Virus record (IMG/VR): IMGVR_UViG_3300025889_000070
Length of the DNA stretch: 64,000 nucleotides
DNA from: a virus
Lineage: Duplodnaviria; Caudoviricetes
Strand: one strand, 5' to 3'
Part shown: positions 42,967 through 51,635 of the stretch, in pieces
Layout of the letters: each line of letters starts with the position of its first letter
How positions within the stretch are numbered: position 1 is the first letter of the stretch
Translations under genes and position numbers: made by a program
Notes under the pieces: model-generated
Database searches by the model: none
Seen by the model: only the letters and a program-made list of their open reading frames with translations
What the model was told of the DNA's origin: nothing

Positions 42967-43530
42967 ATGAAATCAGTTTGGGTAAGACACGGTCAAAGCG
43001 AATACAATGCTCAAAACTTGAGCACTGGTTGGCACGATCCTGATCTTACAGAACAGGGAGTGATAGAAGCGCATCAAGCAGGTGTTGTGCTTGCTGAAAG
43101 ATACACAAGCGTTGCTGGCGTATATGCTAGTGACCTACGTCGTAGTTTTAATACTGCTAATATTATAGTAGAAACCACTGGTTGGAATATTACCCCACAG
43201 GTTAGTCCTGCTATAAGAGAACGTGATTATGGCGATTGGAGTGGTAAAAATAAAGATCAGATCAAGCAGGAACTGGGGGAAGATAAATTCTTACAAATAC
43301 GCAGAGGTTGGCAGGCCAGCCCAGTTAACGGCGAAAGTTTAAAAGATACTGCTGCAAGAGTTTATGGTTTTTTACGCGAAATAGAAGACAGAGCAAATGA
43401 ACTACCACATATTATTATTTGTCATGGTAATACAATCAGGGCGGCCGCAGTAGTGCTGGGAAAAAGAACACAAGAAGACGTACATGAGTTTGAAGTACAC
43501 ACAGGAGAAGTAATTGAATGGGACTTTTAG
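42967..43530 (+). CDS. histidine phosphatase / phosphoglycerate mutase family
   Basis: RHGQSEYN, SDLRRS..TA, IRERDYGDWSG, GESL, CHGNTIR. Confidence 0.9.
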   Translation: MKSVWVRHGQSEYNAQNLSTGWHDPDLTEQGVIEAHQAGVVLAERYTSVAGVYASDLRRSFNTANIIVETTGWNITPQVSPAIRERDYGDWSGKNKDQIKQELGEDKFLQIRRGWQASPVNGESLKDTAARVYGFLREIEDRANELPHIIICHGNTIRAAAVVLGKRTQEDVHEFEVHTGEVIEWDF

Positions 43531-43886
43531 ATGATGCAAAACGTGCTATGGGCCTGGGGAAAGCAAAAGTAGTAGAAGAGCCAAAACCTAGAGCGCCTAA
43601 AAAAACAGCAAAAGAAATTGCTACAGAAAAGGGAGAGCCCTGGGTAAGTGTGCTCGATATAGAACTGGATCCTGAAAATCCTGGAAACGGTGCTTTTGAA
43701 CTTGACTGGAACGAATATTTTATAAAGCGTCTTTGGAAGGCTGGCTACCGTGACGAAGATGAAAATGACATGGTAGATCGTTGGTTCCAGGATGTTTGTA
43801 GACAGGTAGTTCTTGAAACATATGAAAAAGATGAAGCAATGGTAACCAGAAATGATCTAGGTGATGGAAAGACAGAGTATAGATAA
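43518..43886 (+). CDS. hypothetical protein
   Basis: 122 aa; KGEPWV..GAFELDWN..VDRWF. Confidence 0.65.
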   Translation: MGLLDDAKRAMGLGKAKVVEEPKPRAPKKTAKEIATEKGEPWVSVLDIELDPENPGNGAFELDWNEYFIKRLWKAGYRDEDENDMVDRWFQDVCRQVVLETYEKDEAMVTRNDLGDGKTEYR

Positions 43887-44656
43887 TGTTGCTATACGTA
43901 AATGGTGATAGTCATAGTGCTGGAGCAGAACTTGTTAAAGACTATTGCTTTGCAGAAGACGACAACCGATATCGTCATTATGGCAGAACTCCTCACCCTG
44001 AAGCAATACCAAAAACATTTGGACATCATTTGTCTAAAAAACTTAACGCTGGCTACTTTTTAGACGCTGAGAGTGCAAGTAGTAATGATCGTATCCTCCG
44101 GACAACTCAGTTATTCCTAGGTGAGAAAATACGCAAACCGCGTACAATAGTTATTGGTTGGAGTTCCTGGGAGAGAGAAGAGTTTTGGCATACTGATAGA
44201 TATTATCAGTTTACAGCAAGTGGAACTGATAGTGTTCCTGAAGAATTAGAACTTGATTATAAAATCTGGGTTGCAGAACAAACTAATGATACACTAAGAA
44301 TAAAGCACATATACTGGCACAATAAAATCTGGGATTTTCACCAGGAACTTGTGGAGAAAAACGTTAAACATTTATTCTTTAATGCCATGCAAAATTTTAA
44401 TCCAGGCTGGGTAGAAAGCAAGGACTGGCAGGGAAGTTATATAGAGCCATATGATAATAACTGGGTATACATAAACTGGGCTAAACAACAAGGCTTCCTA
44501 ACAGCAAACTTCTTTGGCAGTCATTATGGCGAGGACGCTCATAAAGCCTGGGCAAGAGAACTTCATACACGGTTGACAGGACCAGTAGAATCTAGTACAA
44601 TAAACACTAGAGTAGTAAATGCAAGAGTAAACCCTTACAAACCGAGGAAGTTGTGA
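43886..44656 (+). CDS. SGNH/GDSL hydrolase-like protein
   Basis: VNGDSHSAG (block I), SASSNDRI, IGWS, C-terminal SHYG..AH. Confidence 0.65.
   Translation: MLLYVNGDSHSAGAELVKDYCFAEDDNRYRHYGRTPHPEAIPKTFGHHLSKKLNAGYFLDAESASSNDRILRTTQLFLGEKIRKPRTIVIGWSSWEREEFWHTDRYYQFTASGTDSVPEELELDYKIWVAEQTNDTLRIKHIYWHNKIWDFHQELVEKNVKHLFFNAMQNFNPGWVESKDWQGSYIEPYDNNWVYINWAKQQGFLTANFFGSHYGEDAHKAWARELHTRLTGPVESSTINTRVVNARVNPYKPRKL
44573..44601 (+). promoter_or_regulatory. sigma70-type promoter TTGACA-N17-TACAAT
   Basis: Inside the 3' end of the SGNH gene, upstream of the exonuclease. Confidence 0.6.
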
Positions 44657-45645
44657 CCACATACTTACTTGTTGATACAGCAAATACTTTTTTTAGAGCA
44701 CGGCACGTCTCCCATCGGGGCATGGATACCTGGACCAGACTGGGCTTTAGTATACATGTTACAATGAGTGCTATTAACAAAGCCTGGCGTATTGCTGGTG
44801 CTGATCATGTTGTTTTTGCGCTTGAAGGTCGTAGTTGGCGCAAAGACTACTATGAACCTTATAAGAAGAACCGCAAAGTAAAGTACGACTCACTCACTGA
44901 AGAACAGCAGGAAGAAGACAAACTGTTCTGGGAGACCTATGATGAACTTACTGGTTTTTTGACAGATACCAGTAATTGTAGTGTGTTACGTTGTGATATT
45001 GCTGAAGCAGATGATATTATAGCACGTTGGATTAACAAGCATCCAGATGATGATCATGTTATTGTTAGCAGTGACACTGACTTTGTGCAGTTGGTTAGCG
45101 ATAACGTCCGCCAATACAATGGCATTCAAAATCATATGATTACGCTGGATGGTATTTTTGACGATTATGGTAAACCTGTAAAAGACAAAAAGACAGGCGA
45201 AGCCAAGGAAATTCCTGACCCAGAATGGTTGCTGTTTGAAAAGTGTATGCGTGGCGACCCTACCGACAATGTTTTTAGTGCCTATCCTGGTGTGCGAAAA
45301 AAGGGTACTAAGAACAAGGTAGGGCTGGCTGAAGCTTTTGAGGATCGCAACACCAAAGGCTACAACTGGAACAACCTTATGCTACAACGCTGGACTGACC
45401 ATAATGGTGACGAGCATCGTGTGCTTGATGACTACGAACGCAATCGTACACTAGTAGATTTAACTGCTCAACCAGAAGAACTAAAAGAGTATATTGACAA
45501 CGCAATAGAAGATCAGTTAGAATCTAAAAATAATAGCATGGTTGGTGCTAAGTTTCTTAAGTTCTGCGGCAAGTATGAACTTAATAGAATTGCTGAGGAG
45601 GCAACAAAGTATGCTGAATGGTTACAACGGGGATACAATGTATAA
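44653..45645 (+). CDS. rnh: T4 RNase H-like 5'-3' exonuclease (FEN family)
   Basis: LLVD, SWRK..Y..YK.NRK, EADDII, SSDTDFVQL, GDPTDNV, N..LVDL. Confidence 0.88.
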   Translation: MTTYLLVDTANTFFRARHVSHRGMDTWTRLGFSIHVTMSAINKAWRIAGADHVVFALEGRSWRKDYYEPYKKNRKVKYDSLTEEQQEEDKLFWETYDELTGFLTDTSNCSVLRCDIAEADDIIARWINKHPDDDHVIVSSDTDFVQLVSDNVRQYNGIQNHMITLDGIFDDYGKPVKDKKTGEAKEIPDPEWLLFEKCMRGDPTDNVFSAYPGVRKKGTKNKVGLAEAFEDRNTKGYNWNNLMLQRWTDHNGDEHRVLDDYERNRTLVDLTAQPEELKEYIDNAIEDQLESKNNSMVGAKFLKFCGKYELNRIAEEATKYAEWLQRGYNV

Positions 45646-46099
45646 AGCAAAACCTGTTATAGCTGACAAGTTTTGGATTGTGGAACAAAACGGAGAACGT
45701 GTGGGCACTATTCGTAAGGGCACTGATTTAACTGTCAGTTTAGCAGGAAAGAATATTGGTAGATGCAGCAATCTCGATGAACTAGAAAACAAGTTTAATA
45801 TTCGCCTGGTGTCTGGGAAAGAACTTACTGTTGGTAAGGAAGAAAAATCAGTACTTGAAGTTCACGGTTATCCATCTAAAACAGCGCCATTTAATGCTAT
45901 GTATGACATGAAACGTAAACTGCCGCTTTATACAAAAACACAGAACAGCCAGAGTTTTTATTGTGCTGGTTATTACATTATTCAGTTTGACAAATGGTTA
46001 CCAAGTTTTTGCCCTAAACTTTTAACATTGAGTAGGAACGAGTTTAAAGGCCCATTTAAGACTAAACTAGAAATGCAGCAAGTCCTTAAAAATACATGA
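45638..46099 (+). CDS. hypothetical protein
   Basis: MYKAKPVIADKFWIVE..KLPLYTK..YCAGYY; start overlaps the rnh stop. Confidence 0.65.
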   Translation: MYKAKPVIADKFWIVEQNGERVGTIRKGTDLTVSLAGKNIGRCSNLDELENKFNIRLVSGKELTVGKEEKSVLEVHGYPSKTAPFNAMYDMKRKLPLYTKTQNSQSFYCAGYYIIQFDKWLPSFCPKLLTLSRNEFKGPFKTKLEMQQVLKNT

Positions 46100-46314
46100 G
46101 ACTACCTAACACGAGCAACCTTGAAACATTTGTAAAACGTGCAAACGCTGGAAATGCGCCTGGCATATCCATTAGTAGACTAGAGGCACAGGGTATTTCC
46201 AGAGAATATATTAATCTTGTAAACTATGTTATGAAACTTCAAGATCGTATTATTGAATTAGAAGAGCAACAAAACAATCCTGATACACTGGAGATTGTAA
46301 CTCCTAACTTCTAA
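46096..46314 (+). CDS. hypothetical protein
   Basis: 72 aa, ATGA-coupled. Confidence 0.55.
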   Translation: MRLPNTSNLETFVKRANAGNAPGISISRLEAQGISREYINLVNYVMKLQDRIIELEEQQNNPDTLEIVTPNF

Positions 46315-46333
46315 CAAAACCTGCTGAATATTA

Positions 46334-46341
46334 GATAAATA
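46334..46341 (+). promoter_or_regulatory. T4-like late promoter (GATAAATA)
   Basis: Followed by TATGC, like the site at 22100. Confidence 0.5.
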
Positions 46342-46365
46342 TATGCGTATATTTTAGGAACTAGT

Positions 46366-46653
46366 ATGAGCAGACCCAAACCTGAAGTTTTAATAGAAAA
46401 GGTAGACAAAGCAACATATAAATCTGAACAGATACTTGCTAGCGAAGGCATCTGGAGTGTCTATTATCAAGGCAGGCCCATAAATTTAAAAAGTCACAAT
46501 ATTCTTATTAGTTACCCTGGACCAAAATATAAAAAAGTAAGTTTTAGTAACAGCGGTCATGCTATCAACTTGGCTAAAAAGTTAAACAAAAAATTTAACT
46601 GTGAAGATTTTAGTGTGGTGCTTCTCAAACTAGGTGATGTAATATATCCATAA
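46366..46653 (+). CDS. hypothetical protein
   Basis: 95 aa; PGPKYKKVSFSNSGHAINLAKKLN. Confidence 0.65.
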   Translation: MSRPKPEVLIEKVDKATYKSEQILASEGIWSVYYQGRPINLKSHNILISYPGPKYKKVSFSNSGHAINLAKKLNKKFNCEDFSVVLLKLGDVIYP

Positions 46654-46733
46654 CAAAAAAACAATATGCTGAAAAGTTTGCTGAAGTTGGCAGGCTAGAT
46701 ATTCCAGTTGACGAACTTGCTGGTTTTTTTTGG

Positions 46734-47003
46734 ATGAATATACGTGACAACGGCGGCCTTAGGTTAAACGATAACGGATATACCTACCTAGTGAACAATT
46801 TAGAATTAGAATCTTATACAGTAAACCTGTACGAGCAGGCAATAAATCATAAATTTTTGCTGGAACTAGACAAGTTTATGGATTGTCCATATTTTCTTGT
46901 TAGGGGGAGATGGCCAAAAATAATATTGTTTAGTGAGCAAACTTACATGTGGTGTTGTTTACATGAAGATTTTAGGAGTTTTCTAAATGGATACAAAGTT
47001 TGA
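46734..47003 (+). CDS. hypothetical protein (frame open upstream to about 46638; true start uncertain)
   Basis: GGLRLNDNG..LDKFMDCPYFL. Confidence 0.55.
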   Translation: MNIRDNGGLRLNDNGYTYLVNNLELESYTVNLYEQAINHKFLLELDKFMDCPYFLVRGRWPKIILFSEQTYMWCCLHEDFRSFLNGYKV

Positions 47004-47286
47004 ACTTGGATACACAAAGCAAATTCAAGGGTCTAGATGGAAGCATATAATAAATGTAGACTTACCATTATACACAAATCATACGCCACAAAAGCAAGAA
47101 TTCCTAAATTTTATGCAAATAGAATATGGCATTGTAGACAAAAGATATAGTATTCGCTGGACAGACCATGGCGCTGATGTAAGGTTTGAATCTGATGCTG
47201 ATGCTGCTAGTTTTTTGATGTTGCATACTAAACAATACAATTGGGCTATTAAAAAAACTAGATATTCTAGTATTAGGGGTCACTAA
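46987..47286 (+). CDS. hypothetical protein
   Basis: 99-aa ORF. Confidence 0.5.
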   Translation: MDTKFELGYTKQIQGSRWKHIINVDLPLYTNHTPQKQEFLNFMQIEYGIVDKRYSIRWTDHGADVRFESDADAASFLMLHTKQYNWAIKKTRYSSIRGH

Positions 47287-47292
47287 AAACGG

Positions 47293-47320
47293 TTGACTAT
47301 CCGTGTATCTGTGTTATGTT
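47293..47320 (+). promoter_or_regulatory. strong early promoter TTGACT-N13-TGT-TATGTT
   Basis: -35 box plus extended -10; near-duplicate at 47572. Confidence 0.65.
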
Positions 47321-47363
47321 TAGTATGTAAGTTGATGTTAACGGGTAAGAAACGGAGAAGATT

Positions 47364-47552
47364 ATGACATATACTATTTCAATGGAAGAGTATGTTGACG
47401 GAGAAGTTGTAGATACTCAAACCTTTACCTTTGATTCTAAGGATGAACGTGACGAAGCCGCAGGAATGATTTGGAGGTCTTACACTATGCTCAATGAAGC
47501 GTGGATAGAAGATGGGTTTGGTACTGGTTGGCTAATGCTCGACGAAGAATAG
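47364..47552 (+). CDS. small acidic early protein
   Basis: 62 aa; GGAG SD; has its own promoter. Confidence 0.6.
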   Translation: MTYTISMEEYVDGEVVDTQTFTFDSKDERDEAAGMIWRSYTMLNEAWIEDGFGTGWLMLDEE

Positions 47553-47571
47553 ATCATAGGACGATAATTGG

Positions 47572-47599
47572 TTGACATATCACAGATCTGTGTTATGTT
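47572..47599 (+). promoter_or_regulatory. strong early promoter TTGACA-N13-TGT-TATGTT
   Basis: Shares ATCTGTGTTATGTTTAGT with the promoter at 47293. Confidence 0.7.
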
Positions 47600-47629
47600 T
47601 AGTTATAGTTATTAACAAGGAGTAACAAG

Positions 47630-48739
47630 ATGTCAGAAGCAGTTGATGCCCGCACAGTTACGCTAGCAGAAGCAGAACAGCGTATTGTTCGTGCTTTCCG
47701 CAAAAAGCGTCCTGTGTTTTTGTGGGGCTTGCCGGGTGTTGGCAAGAGTGAGCTCATGGAGCGCATTGCCAACAAGGCTTACCTGGGCAATACATACCTG
47801 GTAGATGTTCGTGTGGCGCTCATGGAGCCCACGGACCTGCGTGGTATGCCGTTTTACAATCGTGAGACAGGCAAGATGGAATGGGCGCCGCCTGTAGATT
47901 TGCCGGATGAGGCTCTTGCTAGCCAGTACGATACTGTTATCTTGTTCTTGGACGAGATGAACAGTGCTGCTCCGGCTGTCCAGGCCGCTGCCTACCAATT
48001 GGTGCTCAATCGCCGTATTGGTCAGTTTAAGTTGCCTGACAACGTGGTTATTGTTGCTGCTGGCAACCGCGAAAGTGACAAGGGTGTTACTTATCGTATG
48101 CCCACGCCGCTTGCTAACCGTTTCGTCCACCTTGAAGTTCGTGTGGACTTTGACAGTTGGTTTGACTGGGCTGTGGAGAACAAAATCCATGAAGATGTGG
48201 TTGGCTATGTCAGTTTTGCCAAGGCTGACTTATGCAACTTTGATCCCCGTTCCAGCGGACGTTCGTTTGCTACCCCGCGTAGTTGGACGTTTGTTAGCCA
48301 GTTCCTGGACGACGATGCCAGTGATATGGAGTTAACTGACTTAATCAGCGGTTGCATTGGCGAAGGTACTGCTCTTAAGTTCATGGCCCATCGCAAGATT
48401 GCCAAGGACATGCCAGAGCCTACTGCTATCCTGGCCGGCAAGGTCAAAGAGCTCAAGGTCAAAGAGATCAGCGCCCAGTATGCTCTTACTGTTGGTATGT
48501 GCTATGAGCTCAAGGATGCCTACGACAAGTTCGGCAAAAAGGACACCAAGAAATGGCACGAAATGGCAGACAACTTCTTCCGCTTTACCATGGACAATTT
48601 CCCTACTGAGATGGTTGTTATGGGGGCACGTATGGCGATTACCAACTATAACTTGCCCTTCCAGCCCAACAAGCTCAGCAACTTCAAGGAATTCTTTGAT
48701 CGGTTTGGCAAATATGTTGTCAAGGCCATGGAGGACTAA
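47630..48739 (+). CDS. MoxR-like AAA+ ATPase
   Basis: GLPGVGKS, EPTDLRGMP, LFLDEM, AAGNR, PLANRF, TPRSW. Confidence 0.9.
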   Translation: MSEAVDARTVTLAEAEQRIVRAFRKKRPVFLWGLPGVGKSELMERIANKAYLGNTYLVDVRVALMEPTDLRGMPFYNRETGKMEWAPPVDLPDEALASQYDTVILFLDEMNSAAPAVQAAAYQLVLNRRIGQFKLPDNVVIVAAGNRESDKGVTYRMPTPLANRFVHLEVRVDFDSWFDWAVENKIHEDVVGYVSFAKADLCNFDPRSSGRSFATPRSWTFVSQFLDDDASDMELTDLISGCIGEGTALKFMAHRKIAKDMPEPTAILAGKVKELKVKEISAQYALTVGMCYELKDAYDKFGKKDTKKWHEMADNFFRFTMDNFPTEMVVMGARMAITNYNLPFQPNKLSNFKEFFDRFGKYVVKAMED

Positions 48740-48913
48740 ATGAAAGGTTTAAAACTTATAATTGCTGTTGTTGTTCTCGTAGTGGTTGGTGTTAGTGGAT
48801 GGCATTTAACACGCTGGTTTAACTATGAATTTGGATACAATGCTAAAATTGAGCAAACCGTGTGTCACATGGTTAAACCAGCAGCACTTATTAACCCTAG
48901 CAAATGTAAATAG
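48740..48913 (+). CDS. small membrane-anchored protein (57 aa)
   Basis: Read by hand: MKGLKLIIAVVVLVVVGVSGW...; GGAGG SD. Confidence 0.55.
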   Translation: MKGLKLIIAVVVLVVVGVSGWHLTRWFNYEFGYNAKIEQTVCHMVKPAALINPSKCK

Positions 48914-48923
48914 GAAAAATTAT

Positions 48924-49127
48924 ATGAAAGCAACTATTGTTGCGTTGATAATGACTACTGTGCTGGCAGGATGCACTTTTAAAACAGTTAAAAAGTGCAC
49001 CCTGGGTTGCGGCGAGTTTGTGCTGGTAACGAGAGACGGCGTTACTTACGCCAGAACTGTAGACAAACAAACGCTGAACGTTCCTCCTTATATTAATGAC
49101 AGACCGGAGAAAAACAATGAAAAATAG
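48924..49127 (+). CDS. small putative lipoprotein (67 aa)
   Basis: MKATIVALIMTTVLAGC carries a lipobox. Confidence 0.55.
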   Translation: MKATIVALIMTTVLAGCTFKTVKKCTLGCGEFVLVTRDGVTYARTVDKQTLNVPPYINDRPEKNNEK

Positions 49128-49395
49128 TTTAACACTTGCTGAAGACTTTGATCTATGGTGGAAGATGCGGAAATACCAAACTAGAGATATTCCAGCCAGG
49201 GAGTTTGGTGACCAAACTGTTGTAATGCGTCATGGCAGTAACTCAGGTTGGCCTGGTGAAGAGAAAGACGTAGAGTACTGGGTAGAACTTAAGAATGGCA
49301 TGGCTGTTGGTTTCCGACATGGGCGTAGTTCAACTGGAGTCCGTCGTGCAAAATATGCTGAATTTCCAGTAGTAAAATTGTTGACAACAGGTTAA
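49117..49395 (+). CDS. hypothetical protein
   Basis: GGAG SD; 92 aa; GWPGEEKDVEYWVEL.NG.AVGF. Confidence 0.6.
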   Translation: MKNSLTLAEDFDLWWKMRKYQTRDIPAREFGDQTVVMRHGSNSGWPGEEKDVEYWVELKNGMAVGFRHGRSSTGVRRAKYAEFPVVKLLTTG

Positions 49396-49409
49396 CAATA
49401 TACTATAAT
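49381..49409 (+). promoter_or_regulatory. sigma70-type promoter TTGACA-N17-TATAAT
   Basis: Perfect consensus. Confidence 0.85.
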
Positions 49410-49415
49410 AATAGA

Positions 49416-49480
49416 GTAAGTTGATACCCAACTTATATGGTCCTTACCAAGGACTTTTAATAAACCGCTCGTTTTAGAGC
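49416..49480 (+). promoter_or_regulatory. three-hairpin 5' leader
   Basis: TAAGTTG/CAACTTA, GTCCTT/AAGGAC and GCTC/GAGC stems. Confidence 0.45.
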
Positions 49481-49499
49481 ATAAAAAGGAAACACTAAA

Positions 49500-50768
49500 A
49501 TGAAAAAAGACACTATTGGTCTATTTGTAGATACATCGCGACCAAAAGCAGAGTTAACAGACACTGCTTATTCTGTCATGAGCTATGCTCAACAGGTTAA
49601 CGAGAAATTCAACACAAAAGAAGATACGATTGTAGAGCTGGCTACTCGGTTTGTCCAGGCTATCGTAGAAAAAGATCCTAACTTGCCTGATTTTCTTAGG
49701 GAATTAGCACAAGAATTTCGTAATCGTAATCCACAATACACAGAGTTTGCTGACATGTATGCTGATATGGTGCAGATGTCTGCAAACAAGAAGGAACGTG
49801 TTAAACTCAAGCAGATGCTTATTAACGCAACTATCCAGCGTGAAGTTGATCCTGAATGGGTTTTAAAAATCGTTGGAAAGTTTGATCCTTTCTTTGTTAA
49901 CATTATTCGCTTATATCCCGTGCTGAATGGAAAAGCTGAACAAAAATTGTTTGCTATCTGGGACGGTCAGCATACGACCCTTAGTTTGCTCTGCATTGCT
50001 ATGTACGCATTTGATATGAGCTTTGAGGACGCTATGGAACTTGAAGTACCAACGGCAATATATCCTGGCAGAGATGTTGCAAAGTTACGCAAACGGTTTA
50101 TTGGTGTACATGATGACACTATGAGCAAACGGTTGGACAAGATTGATTTGTATATGCAGTATGTATGGGCAGTACGAAACAATGGAGATACTGATCCCTG
50201 GAGCATGCGTTTTGAAGAAATCCAGTGCGCTCTAGAAGAGTTCAATTGCTTTTTTACGCATGACAAGTTTGGAGACACAGACAAGCCTGGTGCTGTATCA
50301 CGTCCTACAGAAATTTTTCCTAAAGGTCGTGATGTGACTAAGTGGAAGAGTAGTGTGCTACGGCGAGTTTTCCAGTATCACAATATGTACCTTGCAGATC
50401 AGCCCATTGAGCCTCTGGAAATTGACAATATGGCACATATTTTCCGTGCTTGCGATCTGCAGGCCATTGTTGTAGACGATGATTATGTGCGTGAATTTGG
50501 CAAGTACCTTGCCGCTGTTACAAAGAATACTTGGGCAAAGGGATATACTAATAAGCAACTTAAACACAAGTTAGTTTCTAGTGCCTACAAGAGTTGGTTT
50601 AATAGACAGGACTCGCGAGTCCGTATGACACTGAATAGCCGCTGTAATCAGACAGAAGTTGCTCCTACTTGGATCTGTCAGGCAATAGCCAAAGCAGGGT
50701 TTTCCAAAGACTTGCCGATCTTTACTGGTAGGTTTGCATATGATTTTGATGACAAGGAGTTAGGCTAA
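49500..50768 (+). CDS. ParB/Sulfiredoxin-superfamily DGQH-motif protein
   Basis: TIQREVDPEWVLKIVGKFDP..FAIWDGQHT. Confidence 0.7.
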   Translation: MKKDTIGLFVDTSRPKAELTDTAYSVMSYAQQVNEKFNTKEDTIVELATRFVQAIVEKDPNLPDFLRELAQEFRNRNPQYTEFADMYADMVQMSANKKERVKLKQMLINATIQREVDPEWVLKIVGKFDPFFVNIIRLYPVLNGKAEQKLFAIWDGQHTTLSLLCIAMYAFDMSFEDAMELEVPTAIYPGRDVAKLRKRFIGVHDDTMSKRLDKIDLYMQYVWAVRNNGDTDPWSMRFEEIQCALEEFNCFFTHDKFGDTDKPGAVSRPTEIFPKGRDVTKWKSSVLRRVFQYHNMYLADQPIEPLEIDNMAHIFRACDLQAIVVDDDYVREFGKYLAAVTKNTWAKGYTNKQLKHKLVSSAYKSWFNRQDSRVRMTLNSRCNQTEVAPTWICQAIAKAGFSKDLPIFTGRFAYDFDDKELG

Positions 50769-51208
50769 TGACATTACGCGATCCTAACCTGGACCTTCTT
50801 AAAGAAGGCGTAGCATTAAGAAATGCCCGTAAAACACGTTGTAGCGTTGAAGGCTGTGAGAAATTTCTCACAGCCTATCAGGGCCCAGGTAGCGATACAC
50901 TTTGTAGAGAACATCAGAAAAATCTTGCTGACTATAATGGTTTAGCTACTATAAAAAAGGCTTATAGCCATCATCGTGGCACTCATTGTGAACACTGTGG
51001 ATATACCCCCTTGACGGACACCAGGGTTCAAGAAATAGAAGATGTTAAAATTAAAAACAGACTTATTAGAACTCTGCTAACTGTTGATCATATGGATGGC
51101 AATCATAGTAATAATAATCCGGAAAATCTACAAACACTATGCACTGTATGTCATGCTATAAAAACTGTTATCAACGGCGATACACTGACTCCTAGCAACC
51201 AAAATTAA
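50768..51208 (+). CDS. HNH endonuclease with N-terminal Zn finger
   Basis: CSVEGC..CREH; CEHCG..VDHMDGNHSNNNPENLQTLCTVCH. Confidence 0.9.
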   Translation: MTLRDPNLDLLKEGVALRNARKTRCSVEGCEKFLTAYQGPGSDTLCREHQKNLADYNGLATIKKAYSHHRGTHCEHCGYTPLTDTRVQEIEDVKIKNRLIRTLLTVDHMDGNHSNNNPENLQTLCTVCHAIKTVINGDTLTPSNQN

Positions 51209-51209
51209 T

Positions 51210-51238
51210 AAAATAGCCCTAGAAATAGGGCTATTTTT
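51210..51238 (+). terminator. rho-independent terminator (possibly bidirectional)
   Basis: AAAATAGCCCT-AGAAAT-AGGGCTATTTTT. Confidence 0.85.
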
Positions 51239-51240
51239 GG

Positions 51241-51268
51241 TTGACAAAACTGCTATCTATGCTAATAT
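51241..51268 (+). promoter_or_regulatory. early promoter TTGACA-N13-TGC-TAATAT
   Basis: Directly after the terminator; strong AGGAG SD follows. Confidence 0.7.
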
Positions 51269-51296
51269 GTATATGTAGGAAATGAGGAGAAAACAT

Positions 51297-51371
51297 ATGG
51301 ATTACGTCGAAAACTGCTTCTTCGAAAAGGAATGCCTCGCCGCTGTCAAAGGCATTTTGGAGATCACCTAA
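51297..51371 (+). CDS. micro-ORF, 24 aa (MDYVENCFFEKECLAAVKGILEIT)
   Basis: GAGGAG SD; first gene after the promoter; TAATG-coupled. Confidence 0.55.
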   Translation: MDYVENCFFEKECLAAVKGILEIT

Positions 51372-51478
51372 TGATCGAGTTCTTTGATAACCTTCCAAAG
51401 GCTTTAACGGTCATAGCTATCTTGCTGCCGCCGTCTTTGGTGCTGACTTGGTTGATTAAACGGAGTGAACCCAAATGA
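51371..51478 (+). CDS. micro-ORF, 35 aa, single TM helix
   Basis: MIEFFDNLPKALTVIAILLPPSLVLTWLIKRSEPK; coupled on both sides. Confidence 0.5.
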   Translation: MIEFFDNLPKALTVIAILLPPSLVLTWLIKRSEPK

Positions 51479-51630
51479 GTGGCTTTCTCGTAAACGCAGC
51501 AGCTAAACAGATCGACGCTGGCAACGCCCAGGTCAAACTCTTGACGCTGGGCTATGCGATTAAGGTGGAAGTTACCCGCCAGGTTGAACTGGGCGCTTTT
51601 ACCGCTGAATACGGTTTTGATTTCGTCTAA
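51475..51630 (+). CDS. micro-ORF, 51 aa
   Basis: MSGFLVNAAAKQIDAGNAQVKLL...; GGAG SD; ATGA overlap; ends just before the next promoter. Confidence 0.55.
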   Translation: MSGFLVNAAAKQIDAGNAQVKLLTLGYAIKVEVTRQVELGAFTAEYGFDFV

Positions 51631-51635
51631 AACGG

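Noticed and set aside
42458-42970. 170-aa alternative-frame ORF over queE
   Set aside because: It overlaps a well-supported gene almost entirely; only a possible 26-aa tail ORF (about 42890-42970) might be real, and that is too weak to call.
47663-48743. Long alternative-frame and antisense ORFs over the MoxR gene
   Set aside because: Expected in a GC-richer, codon-biased gene; no motifs or SDs.
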